Assembly (NCBI GenBank): GCA_965645245.1
Contig: OZ287073.1
Span: 2,170,001 to 2,234,000 of the forward strand
Source: Massalongia carnosa
Taxonomy: Eukaryota
Reading direction: 5' to 3'
Length of the DNA: 64,000 nt
Part shown: piece by piece, positions 12,194 to 24,142 of the stretch
Numbering within the stretch: the first letter of the stretch is position 1
Layout of the letters: each line of letters begins with the position of its first letter
The notes under the pieces: model-generated
Database searches by the model: none
Told to the model about the DNA's origin: nothing
What the model saw: only the letters and a program-made list of their open reading frames with translations
Made by a program: the position numbers and the translations under genes

Positions 12194-13517
12194 CCACGCG
12201 GGTGACAAAATAAATTGCAACGTGTAAGCGAATTTACCCCTGAATGCCCCATCAAAACACCCTCCTTTTTTTCAACTTTTTATCTCATTATCAATGTCTC
12301 CACCCAAAAAGCCTCATTATGATACTCCCATAAAGGCCAAAGTTGAAGGAGCTTATCAATTTCTCATCTCACATGCAATTCCATTCGATCCACGGGCCAT
12401 TTTTCAGGAATTTGGCGTGGCCGAGCGCGCGGGTTATAACATCATCAAAAGCGGAGCTTCTTCTCGCACACGTCACAATTCTTCTCTCGTTGACTCGGGG
12501 TCGAAAGCGAAAGATTAGTGATGATCAGCTGAAGGAAGCAGATCACATTCTGCAGGATCAAGATCTACAATTGGAAGGAAAACGCTACACATGGGATGCT
12601 TTAGCACAGGAGATTGGGGCCGACGTGATGGGACGTACAATGAAGAGAACTCTTACAGCTGCCTTGAATTATCACAAATGTCTAGCCTGTGTCAAAGGAT
12701 GGCTGGCAATGGCATCAGAAGAAAGAAGAGAAGAATTTGCTACAGTTATGTTAAATAAATATCCTCGGTCCGAAGACTAGCATCGCGTACGATTCAGCGA
12801 TGAGATTCATTTTGGCTACGGGCCTGAAGGACAGTTACGAATCATTCGTAAGCCCGGAACAAGATATCGTTGGGATTGTATTTAGCATCGTGACGCACCA
12901 CCTGAGAAAGATCGTAAAAGAAAGCACTGCTGGGCAGCAGTTGGTTACAATTTCAAGTCGGATATCTAATTCTACGATGTGCCCAGCAATATCAATGGAA
13001 AATTGACTCATCAGGTGTATATTGACGCTATTCTTGATCCCGTCGTCAAGCCCTAGTTAGAGCATGGAGATGACTTCGTACTTGAAGAAGATGGAGACTC
13101 TGGTCATGGCACGGGCAAGACACGAAACGCGGTCAAAAAGTGGAAGTTAGATCACGATTTAGAGCACTATTTCAATTGTGCTTCATCTCTTGATCTAGCT
13201 CCCATTGAAAAGTGCTGGCAGCCCGCAAAGCAGCATGTTCGTAAATTTTCTCATTGGGACGATGCAAGTTTGGAGCAGCTGATTAGGGAGGGATAGGCTC
13301 GAGTCAGTCAAGAATTTTTCAATGAAAGGGTGTTATCCATGCCCAAAAGATTGAAAGAGGTGAAAGATGCAAAGGGGGCGATGACTGGTTATTGATCTCA
13401 TGTAATTTAGATGAATTTTATCAGATATGCAGATGATAATGATGAGATGAAAATTTGAATAAAAAAGGGGGGGGTAAATTCGCTTACACGTTGCAATTTA
13501 TTTTGTCACCCGCGTGG
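12194..13517 (+). mobile_element. Tc1-like DNA transposon with a 3-bp CTG TSD
   Basis: 47-bp TIR CCACGCGGGTGACAAAATAAATTGCAACGTGTAAGCGAATTTACCCC. CTG at 12191-12193 and 13518-13520. Confidence 0.9.
12294..13395 (+). pseudogene. Tc1-family transposase (DD38E spacing) with a frameshift and several stops
   Basis: RFSDE, LEEDGDSGH and SLDLAPIEKCW motifs. TAG at 12778, 13054 and 13294, where Trp is expected. Confidence 0.88.
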
Positions 13518-13520
13518 CTG

Positions 13521-14400
13521 CCTAGCAACTCTTCATCCTTAACATCACGGTCATACATACCTTTATTATTACATAGCCATATAGCTATAGTCATATACCT
13601 ATTTCAACACATAGGCTGAGAGCTATAGACGTACGACACGGGTCAGCTATGTCTATCACACGGTTCTCCTTCGTCTACAATACGGAGCCTTCCGGCTAAA
13701 AGAAGTAAAACATATAGAAACATAGTGTGGGGTCAGACCCTACACGATACAAGGAATTTGGGTTATGAAAACCATCCGATTGATGGCTACCGTGAGCAAC
13801 AAGGCCCGAACCGGAGTTATACCGGGGATGGTAGAGACAACCTAGTCAGCAAATAGGATACCCTTAGGACAAGAAGAGGGCAATATACGAGGAACCCGTT
13901 AATTGATAACAGTCACGGCCCTGAGATAATAGACGAATTTCAAACGAGCACCCCTCCGAGTTGTGCTCGACTCGTTTTGGTTAGTAGGGACGGAAAATCG
14001 ATATTATACTGCCTGATCAGGAGCATAGTGGTCGAAATCCCCGCGAGACATAGTCGGTTCATAAACGGGAGACCTTTATGAATAACGAGAAGTGGGCGTG
14101 AAAAACCCGTGAGGCGTGGTATGCAATGGCGGCCACAGGATAGAGACCGTCGGCATAGCCCGAGAGGACAGTATGCGCATGTCGGTGTGTATAGAGCAGG
14201 GAATGTCTATCTCGCTCGTAACGAGACCCCGTCGATTCGCAGGCGCATGAGCTACGGCTAGACTCCCCCTTAATATATGATTAAGGAGTAAACTGGGTTT
14301 GACCTGGGCGAAAGGGACGTCGTTCACCCCAATCGTAGAATTCATCAATAGTCTTGGGCCGTAAAACGTATCAGTAAGATGAACTAAAACTGGGATAGAG
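13521..14400 (+). mobile_element. Possible highly decayed Copia 5' remnant
   Basis: LTR-like end TTCAACA (~13609) is followed by a degenerate version of the GGTTATGAGC PBS seen at 24021. Peptide VCNGGHRIETVGI resembles the Copia protease region. Confidence 0.3.
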
Positions 14401-16182
14401 ACTTCACGAAGGAGATGTCAACTCTATTTTATTATTCTTAGCTACACTCGAATAATCAAACTCACTCTCGAGAGCGCAAAGCGGAAGGAGGAAAGTTTTG
14501 CATGTAAAGATCAAGGAGTATCTTAATCGAGTGTACACCGTTGGTGACCCGGAGGCGTTGCAGTTGCTGAGAAACTCAGCGGAAATTTTGCAAGCGCAAA
14601 ATCTAGTCTATGACAAAGTTGCAGAAATTCCCAACAACATATGTGACACATTACAGGCAATCCAACAATCATTGACACGCATAGAGCGCAATGAGACAAC
14701 TCCTCGCAGCTATGCAGCTGCTGCCACAGGGCAAGGCCGAGATGAGCCCGCACCCCTAAAGAACCAAAACGTCAATCCTCAACAGGCCCGCAAAGACAAA
14801 GCACCCATACCAAGAGAAGAGCGACGTGCCCGGGAAATTACCGTTCAAAACACGGAGGATGCGGACAAGGAAAAAATGAAGCTAATGCCAACCAAGGAGT
14901 TGGTATAAATACTACAAAATAGAGTTTAAGGAATAAGGGGAGTGTCGCGTTTGTTAAACGGCGACATCAGGATTCACGCAGAGTCCTTGGAAGCAAATAA
15001 GACCCTGCTGGAGAAGACCGATTGGACCCGCATGGTGGCCGCCTCAGCTGCGGTGCATACCCGTACCTTTACCGTAAGAGCGAATGGATCAGGGTGGAAA
15101 ATATCAAAGTTGCCAATCAATCAATAGCCATCACCTACCTTCAGGCCGCTAACGCTCGCCTGCCCTAATCTGAAGATCGTCAAAGTAGCCTGGTCAATCA
15201 AGGTCATCAGAGAGAAAAAAGTTTACTCGACGCTTCATATAGAGGTCGCCACCGCCGAGATGGCTAACCGGCTCATCACCGAGGGCCTAATAGAAAGCTA
15301 CGAAATAAAGGACTGCGAGCTCATCACACGTGGTTGCACCATGACTCAATGCTTCAACTGCCAATAATACGGACAAATCGGTAGATCATGCCGCAATCCC
15401 GCCGCCTGTGGTCACTGCGCCGGTAGAAATCAAAGCAAAGAATGCAATCTGGAGACAACGGGGCAATACCGCCGTTGCGCCGTATGCGGAGAGAAAGGAC
15501 ACGAAACATGGTCTACAGCATGAAAAGCGAAAAACTGAATTAGCAATGCAAAACCGCGCCCCCCTCTATGCAATCGAATCATAACCGCCCTCATTTCAAT
15601 TACAACTTCAACGAGAGTCGACACCTACAGTCACACAAACGGACGAAATTCCGTCAACGTGGAAGATAGTAAACGGTAAGAAAAGAAAAATACACAACGC
15701 TACGCCCTCATCCGGCACACACCCGGGCCCTTATCGGGGAGACGACGCACCCACCTTGGCTAATATAGGTATCGTGAATCCTGAAAATATAGTAAAAGCC
15801 TTAGTATAACCAGTGCTGGGTTAGGCCTCGTGCAGATTCCGTAGTATTAACGGCAGGAACTCAGGTCACATCGAACACAGCGGCCGAATCGATAGAAATC
15901 CTATAAGGGACACAAAATACCTCTCTATATTGCAGTATAGTATTAGAAATGACAGAGTGAGTACTATGATACCCCTCTTAGCAGATACAAACACCCAGGA
16001 CTATGATATTATTGCAGTATAGGAACCGTGGCGCAATCTATCCGCCCCTATATCGCTTAGTTCTCATCAAAGCGGCTTTCACTTCCTACACCGCCCAGGA
16101 GGTAACACCAGAGTGTGCTTTTATGTCAACGACCTAATAGACACTGACAGCTGGGAGGTGGAATTAACCTCGGCCGACACGT

Positions 16183-16514
16183 TATGAAGGGATAAACTGG
16201 GTGGTGGCGAACGATAGAAGGATGAACCAAACAAACAAATGACCGAATCAACAGAGCCTCACTGCATCGATGAAATAATCGTCATGCCCATCAATGGCCG
16301 ACTAGCTGTATGAATGAAAGTGTCTATGATAGCTGTATGTGTTGATAGCAGTATGATCCGAAGATGGATATCCCGAAAGATGAGAAGGAAAGTTTGAGAA
16401 AAAGACTCATATTACCGAAACGCCAAGACGCCAGCACCCGACCACATGACCAATCACCTGACTCATCACCTCACTTGCCACCGACCCGGTGGAGTTCCAC
16501 TCCACCCCTCTACA
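16183..16514. mobile_element. Probable solo LTR (332 bp) in the LINE endonuclease
   Basis: TATGAAGGG...CCCTCTACA flanked by ACGT on both sides. Removal restores SADT/CTFKIK. Confidence 0.7.
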
Positions 16515-18784
16515 ACGTGCACTTTCAAAATAAAGACCTACACCGAAGGCATTATGGAAACAATTTACGTCTATAATGTGTATAACTCCTCTCCCGCCTC
16601 CTATTTATCCACTGACAGTCCCACGATCTTACCAGCGGCTCGGAACATGCTTACCGCCGATGCGCATCACATACTACTTGGAGATATCAACCTGCATCAT
16701 CCCTTTTGGAATGGTCCTTCAAGACCCACACAACACGCTGCTGCTGATCAATTACTAGAAATAATCGATGATCATAATCTTTCGTTGACACTGCCGAAAG
16801 GCACCGTAACATGGGAAGCAAGAGACACTTCTAGCACGATAGATTTGGTTTTCATGTCAGAATATCTAGTCGAAAGACTCGAAGACTGAATTTCCAGACC
16901 AGAATTGAATCAATCGTCCGCTCACGTGCCGATATCAACCCGCATCCTACTCGGAAGCGAGCGCAACCGAAAATCAAACGCAGAGCATGGAAACTTCTAA
17001 ACCTGGAAAAATTAAGGGAGGCCGAACGACACGCCCCTATACCGGAGTCTCCCCGTACTACTGCCGAGATTGATGCGTATACGGAATTGATACAAAATTT
17101 TCTACAAAATATTATCAACGAAGCAGTTCCATGGGCAAAATCTAGCAAATATGCTAAGCCATTCTGGACAGAAGAATGCAGCATTGCCACCAAAGCCTCA
17201 CGGAAACTACGCCGCATATGGTCTAGCACGTTAGACCTAACGGAATGGTCTAACTATATAAAATCCAATGATAAAAAACAGAAAAGCATTCAAAAGGCAA
17301 AGAGAACAAACTTTCGTCAAGAAATCAATAAGGCCACCGAAACGCCTCCGGGTCTATGGCGGCTAGCGAAATGGTCCAAAGAAAAAAGTCATCAATCTAG
17401 AGAATTATCCAAAATGCCGATGCTAAAATTCAATGACTAAGTAGTAGACACGTTTGACCAAAAAGCCGAATTGCTAAAATGTTTCTTCTTTCCCGCACCA
17501 CCACCGGCCGACCTAAGCGACATAGAAGGATCTTTCTATCCTATATCGCCGCACTGCCCAATAATCATTACCAAGTCAGAAGTATCGACGGCCCTGAGTC
17601 GGCTCAAGCCCGATAAGGCACCGGGCCCAGACGGCATATCTAACAGCATACTCAAAGCATGCAGCGAAATACTTATCGAACTACTAATACCCCTGTTTCA
17701 GGCGTGCATCACAGACTCGTACCACCCGTGGGCCTTCAAAATAGTAAAAACAATAGCGCTGAAAAAAATAGGCAAAGGAGACTATACCACGCCGAAAGCC
17801 TAAATACTAATTGCACTGTTCAACACGCTCAGTAAAGTTATAGAATCCATAATTTAATCGAAAATAACTTATCTAGCGGAAAAACACCGGCTCCTACCTG
17901 ATATACAGATGGGAGCAAGGAAGGGCAGGTCCACATAGTTAGCACTGGAACTGCTAACTGAACAGGTTTACACGATTTGGGGACAGTGAAAAAATAAAGT
18001 AGCCACACGGCTAAGCATAGACGTCGCCGGCGCGTTCGATACGGTATCACATTAACGACTAACGCACAACCTACGGAAAAGAAAAATTCCAAAATAGATA
18101 ACTGACTGGCTAAACAGCTTTCTGAGCGATCGAAGCACCACTTTAGCAATAAATCGAAAAGTCACCGGGCGGTTTGCGGTAAGAACGGGTATCCCGCAGG
18201 GCTCTTCCCTGTTATCTATTCTTTACCTATTTTACAATCCAGATCTATTGGAAATATGTGATCGACCAGGCAAAAACACAAGTGCCATAGGATTCGTAGA
18301 CGACGCAAAGATTTTGGCATATGGAAAAAGCACCGAGGAAAACTGCAAAACTCTAGAGGCAATACACAGACAATGTGAGACGTGGGCTTCCCGGCACGGG
18401 TCCGTATTCGCTCCGATGAAGTACAAACTCATACACTTGTCCAGAAAGCCCAAAAGATTCAACATGACTGTATCCATCAATATTGCTTGAACCGAAATTG
18501 AACCAAAAACGGACATCAGAGTATTGGGCCTACAAATCGGCACCAAATTGAAATGGGGACCGCACGTTCGCAAAACGCAAGAGAAAATAGTAAAAAATCC
18601 ATAGCATTAACAAAAATTTCCACATAAACCTGGGGTGCCACCTTCGCCAAGGCAAGGCAGGTTTACAGTGCCGTGGTGCGTCTAGCCATGACATATGGGT
18701 CAACCGTATGGCATAGGCCTAAAGAAGTCAAAAAGTCAAAAACGTCATCGAGCAAGCTCTCTATAATGCAAAACAATTGCCTTC

Positions 18785-19811
18785 TGTAATGGGCTACGAG
18801 ACCAGTAAGCTAATCACGAGCGACACTGATCTCGAAAGGGGAAATGCTCAGCGTGAGAGGTGGAAGATAGCTACTACATGCTGGTCTCCGAGAGTATATG
18901 TAATCCAAAGAACTAATGGATGTGGAAGTGCTCAGACCGAGAGATCTCGTCCGAGACCCAAACGTAGGTTGTTCATAGAATAAAGACTAATTGCTAACGA
19001 ATAACACAGGATTCGTTCTGGTATTTATCCTACTCACCCCAAGCCTATAGCCTTGGGAGCCTTGGAACCTTAGGAGCCTTGCAACCCACTTCTGACCTTA
19101 TCGCCTTACATCTAACCATCCCTCAGGATCCATCTACGAACTCGGCGTTGGCTAGATCATCTAGTCAGCCTCGAGCAGCCTTCTAGACCTTCCCTTGCAA
19201 GGTAGAATACTTCTACCTCCGGCTAGATCCCTCACTACATTGCTAGCCTGCCTCTAAATATAAAGTCTAGACGTCGAGGCTATGTAGCTTTATTTCGCCG
19301 TCACCACTACCAACGTAGCGATGGAAGGTTACCTCCGACTGAATCTCTATCTAAAATGCGGACCTGCCTCTAGACACAAGGTCTAGACCACAAGGTCATG
19401 TAGGTTTATTCAGCCGACATCACTACCAGCGTAGCAATAAAGGTGGGTGCTGAAGTTTACACCGGGGAGGCCGAGCTCAAGCTGCGTCCAGCTAGCCGTG
19501 CCTCCTGCTACAACTCTTGATCTATCAAGAGATCGAGTAGCTCCGAGTAGGCCAGTAGATTCCATTTAGAGTTCACGGCTTCTCCACAGGAGTTAGCCTT
19601 ACTCTATGGCAATCTACTACCACGGCCTCGACAGGTGTTTGATCTGTAAGCAGTCTAGAACGTAGTAACAACTAATTCGGAGTTGTGTGGCAAGGTGGCG
19701 TCGTGTCAGCCTCAACGGCTATGCGACTAAGTACTACGGCCTGGCTCATGCTAGTTAATCCCGCAACCGCCGTAGGCGATCACGTATCCCTCTAGCGCCA
19801 TCCGTATTACA
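18785..19811. mobile_element. 1027-bp solo LTR-like element, copy 1
   Basis: TGTAAT...ATTACA with CCTTC TSD. The LINE frame resumes after it (LRTIAGTFKATP). Homologous to 30632-31659. Confidence 0.92.
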
Positions 19812-20720
19812 CCTTCGCACTATAGCCGGTACCTTTAAAGCCACTCCCTTCTCAGTACTAGAAGCAGAGAAATTCATAGCGCCCATAGACACGCATCTCG
19901 ACATGCTACAAGCACAGGCAAGGCACCGGCTCCGAGCCGGAGGCCAATTGTAGATTATCTCCTCCGCATGCAATAAAATAGCTGACAAACTTCGAGGCAA
20001 GGCAGGTCGCAAACGACTTCAAAAGCCCACCCCGGGAGAGCTGAAACACATCTGAGCCAAAAGCCTACTGATCGACTCAAAAATAGTTCAATCACTAAAG
20101 GCACACCCACCATGGTTCGAAGTCTACCCGGCGTAGCACCGCGAAGCTACCGTTGCGCCAACGGCCCGACACAAGCAGATGCAAAAAATTAAAGCACGAA
20201 AAATGGAGGTCTGGAACGACTCGTGGTACGCATATCAAAATCGCGTCATCGAACCCTCCATAGCACAATCAGTCCTATTGAGCAAAAAACGGCTGAAAAT
20301 ACACACGCAGCAAAAAAAGGCAGAAAGCGCTCTAATAACAAAAATCCGCACTGCCAAGATTGGGTTAGCTGACTTCCTCTACAGGCGACGGGTGCCCTTC
20401 GTCACCTTACCGGCCTGCTTATATGGCTGGCACAGACAAACTCCAGAACATATAATCATGTTCTACAGACTTATTGGCAATAGTGAACAGATATTTCGCG
20501 CCGCCGGCACGAGCGACTATCAGCATCTGATCAAAGTATTTATGAACTCTGAAGATACTAACTGCTTGGCTAATGAAAACAGGCTTATTGAATCAATTCT
20601 TACTAACATTAACATTATTATAAAATCAACAATAGTTGAACCTTTCTTTCTTTCTTCTCTTTCACAAGGCATTATAGATATACAAAAATCGTTAATTTTA
20701 TTTTAAATTCATGATCGAAA

Positions 20721-21097
20721 TGTAAGACGTATGCTTCTACTCAGAGGGCGTGTTGGTCACGTGAAGGGGGTGTCTCAATAATGTATGTTATTGATCTATG
20801 CCCTTAGAATAAGTTGGGCATCGACCTCTTTATCCTACAGACGTGTCTCCCCCTAAGACTCCCTTATCGGATAGCCCCCAGCTATCTGATTGGTCCAAAT
20901 GGCTCCCGGCCCCTTTGGGCGGTTAGTGCCATCCGACATGGGTTTCCAGCCGTCCCCCTCGCCAGCCGTCCCCCTGAGACGGCATGTGGCCGACAGCGGA
21001 ATCAGCCCATTAGGGTCGGGCCGGGTTCGGCGGCCGAGTCCATGCTGATGCCCCTTTTCCGTATCCTTCTCCGTAGTCTCTATGGCAGGTCCTGACA
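20721..21097. mobile_element. Solo LTR (377 bp)
   Basis: TGTAAGAC...GTCCTGACA with CGAAA TSD. Confidence 0.85.
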
Positions 21098-21124
21098 CGA
21101 AAACATAATTTATATAAACGTCAA

Positions 21125-21274
21125 TACGCCGCGCAACGGGTCGGGTTTCTCTACTGAAAACCCAACCCGTTTGTGGCGAACCCTATGATTTTTGGTGTCG
21201 GGGTTGAGTTTTGAAAGAAAATCCGGTGGCGAAAAAGCAATTTGTGGCGAAAACCCAACCCGTTGCGCGGCGTA
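21125..21274. mobile_element. hAT-type MITE (150 bp)
   Basis: TIR TACGCCGCGCAACGGG. 8-bp flanks AACGTCAA / AACGTGAA (7 of 8 match). AACCCAACCC subterminal motifs. Confidence 0.85.
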
Positions 21275-21684
21275 AACGTGAAGCATTCTGCTTTCGAAAA
21301 ATTCAATAAATTATTAAATTTCAAGAACGCAAGTTTATTAAAAATGATAAGAATCATCGAAAATAAAGTATATATGGGTCCACCTACCTGCACCTGGCAT
21401 AATACGATGACTACGTCTTGGTGCTTGGTTTGGTGGATGATGAATAGATTCTATCTAGGAAGGGCTACTATCTATAGTGGGCGAACACGTGACAAGCACG
21501 TGCCCGCTTGTTCTAGCCCTTCCGATCCATTCCATTCTAGCCTTATCTGGCTAGTCCCCTTCCTTCTAGAATCCCCCTAGAATCCCCTTCTGGAATCCCC
21601 CTTTTGGTACCTAAACTGGGCACTCTTTGAAAGATGGAAAAAATGGTCGCTTTTTGACCGGAATTTACCCCTTTGCCTCGATTC

Positions 21685-23675
21685 CTACCCCTGATTCCCA
21701 GCTCCCTTTTTGAACTCCCGTTCTACCCATTCGGAAGTGTCCAGGTTGATCTGATTGATGTCGATGACTGCCTTTAGTGCCGAAGATGGTTTGGATTTAG
21801 TCATTGAATCTGCCGGGTTATTCTGACCATGAATCCACTTTACTTCTGTTACTTCTCGCCTTTCATATGACTGTCGGAGGCTCATTACATCGATCATCAA
21901 ACGTTTCTCATTGGTCGTTCCCAATCGGACCAATCAATCATATAATGATTTGGAATCCGTACACAGTATCAACGGAATCTCATGTTGAAATCCAGACGAC
22001 CCGAGCATCTTTGTCAGAGTAGCCTTGACCACCGCGCCGGTGTCAAAGCCATGTGCCATGCCGTACAGTTCCGCAGCTAATACGCTTCTGGTGACTCGTT
22101 TGCACTTGATTGACGACCAGTGAATGATGTTAGCTTTGCCTGTTGAGTCTGCAATGCAGATGACAAATCCCGGTTATTTGCAAATGAGGCGTCGGTGAAG
22201 ACGACTAGTTGAAGTGAATTCTGATCTAGTTGGACATACTTTAAACTCCTTGTCTTATTTTCCAATTGCCAATCCAGGCGCTTATTTAGTAGGGCAACAT
22301 CATCTGATGAAAATTCGATGGACTGCGCCGCATGGGACAGATCAAAAGCTGCTTCTGGTTGGCAGATTGAGGTGATGTATGCACCTCGTGCCCTTTGGGC
22401 CACATATTGGTCTTTTGGTGATAGCCTGGGCCGGACTTTTCCCTTGGAGCTAGTTGATGCGGCATTGTGATTTGCTATTAATGAAATGCCTTCAGCATTG
22501 GTCGTGACTTTAATTTCCCCGTTTGGGCCTAGGTCGATCTTGGTTCCGTTGAATTTGATTGGGCTGCCAGGGGTGAGGCAGTCCCATTGCTTGGTCAGGA
22601 TGTTTGCTTCCTTGATGGCTTTTTCCTCTTTGGTAGCGAAGATGTCATTGGCTAGAATTAATGTATCGTCGGTTTGCATTCCGACGATTCCGAATTCCGA
22701 TGAATTGGTCTTATACAGTAGGCACGGATCGTATGTCGACTCCGTCATCCCGAGTCTATTCAGATGATGCCCGTTGTAGGTAGGGAACCAATGATTACCT
22801 GCCTCCGGGACCCCGTATAGTGGTTTTATGACCTGAAGTATGCAGTCGGATGGGGCACCTAGTAGCGTAGCTAATTCATGAGGCGGGCGAATGTAGAAGT
22901 CTCGATTCAAATCTGACGTTGATTGAACGTACGCTTGAGTAACGTCTCGAAGGTAGAGCTTAGTGTTCGAAATGGTGGTAGCGAGGCAGATTAGTAGTCG
23001 CTGACTCACCCTTTGGATTGTCGGTGATTGAGTCAGTACCAGGCTTTTATTGATATCGTTGTAGGCCTGTACAACTAGTCTCGATTTTTCGAATGCTTTT
23101 TCAGTCCCGGCATTCTTTATCTCATCTACAAATCGGGAATTGAAGACTCGGGCACCGGCCGGGATGTCTTCGAATTGAACGAGTTTGAATACTCCTTTTT
23201 CCAGTAGTCCGGAAATTTCTTTTTGCCTTGATGCGGTAAATTGGTTTCCCTTTTTCATGGGAAATTGATTTTCGTCTTCTTTCATGACGAAACAAAGGTT
23301 AGCCTGGGCTGGATGCTTACTGGGCCTCCCGCGGCCACGTTTGACTGGTGCCGAGACTGGTTCCGAGATTAGATCGGACTCGGGATTCTGTGGTTCATGA
23401 TTTGTCGGGTCCGATTCTGCGTTATTTGGAATTTCATTCTCGGCAGCATTGAGAAATTCATTCTCGGGATTTAGATGGTAGTATGGTTTGACTGACGTGC
23501 TTCTAAATTTGGTCGGACCACTTGGCAATTCGACGATGATCGACTCATCCTGCATGGAGATGAGTCGGAACGGTCTCTTCCACGACCCCGTCTGTCCCGC
23601 ATTACCCTCTCGGAATACTAGGACAGGGGAGTTTAGTGACAGTCCATGTATGGAATCCGTAGATGGTCCATTTCT
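21685..23675 (-). pseudogene. GalEa-like Copia RT and RNase H portion
   Basis: KSRLVVQAY, RDVTQAYVQS, KPLYGVPEAG, GMQTDDTL, FTDASFA. Small deletion/frameshift near 22170. Confidence 0.88.
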
Positions 23676-23680
23676 AGTAT

Positions 23681-24020
23681 TGTTGTAATGTGCAAAGTCA
23701 CCCGGCTGATGCCTAGTAAAGTGTTCAGAGTCACATAGTACCGCATTGGGATTAGTGCGTTGGTAAGAACATTAGGCAACACATAACGACCTCGAGAAGC
23801 ACCGCAAAAACTTCTATGAACATTCCCATCGAGTCATAAATTGGATATGAGTCAATCACCAATCTTAGATTTCTAGGAAGCAGGAAGGTGAGTCATAGGG
23901 AGAACGGTTTTCGGCATGTTTTTCTATCTATATAAACACGGTCCTTAGATAGGTAGATAGAAAGATCAATCGTTTCAAAAGTGAGCTTTTTACTATGCCA
24001 GCAGAGCTTCAATTACAATA
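23681..24020 (+). repeat. 5' LTR (TG...TA ends)
   Basis: Direct repeat of 28547-28886, with a TATAAA box near 23930. Confidence 0.95.
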
Positions 24021-24142
24021 GGTTATGAGCCCGGAAAGCAATTTTTCTTCCGCATAAATTAATCTATCTATTCTGTTGTTTTTCAAAGTTACGAAGCCAT
24101 ACTTCTCTTCGTTCCATCCATCAGTTCTCCTATTATTGGACC

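Larger units (their letters stand above)
14440..20700 (+). mobile_element. Tad1-like LINE, degenerate, with two solo-LTR insertions
   Basis: ORF1 remnants (RSYAAAA; zinc knuckles CFNC..YG, CGHC, CAVC). ORF2 endonuclease (DIIAV*EPW, LLGDINLHHPFW, STIDLVF), RT (KAPGPDGI, GIPQGS, GFVDD) and C-terminal RTAKIGL...QTPEHII. Boundaries are approximate. Confidence 0.9.
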
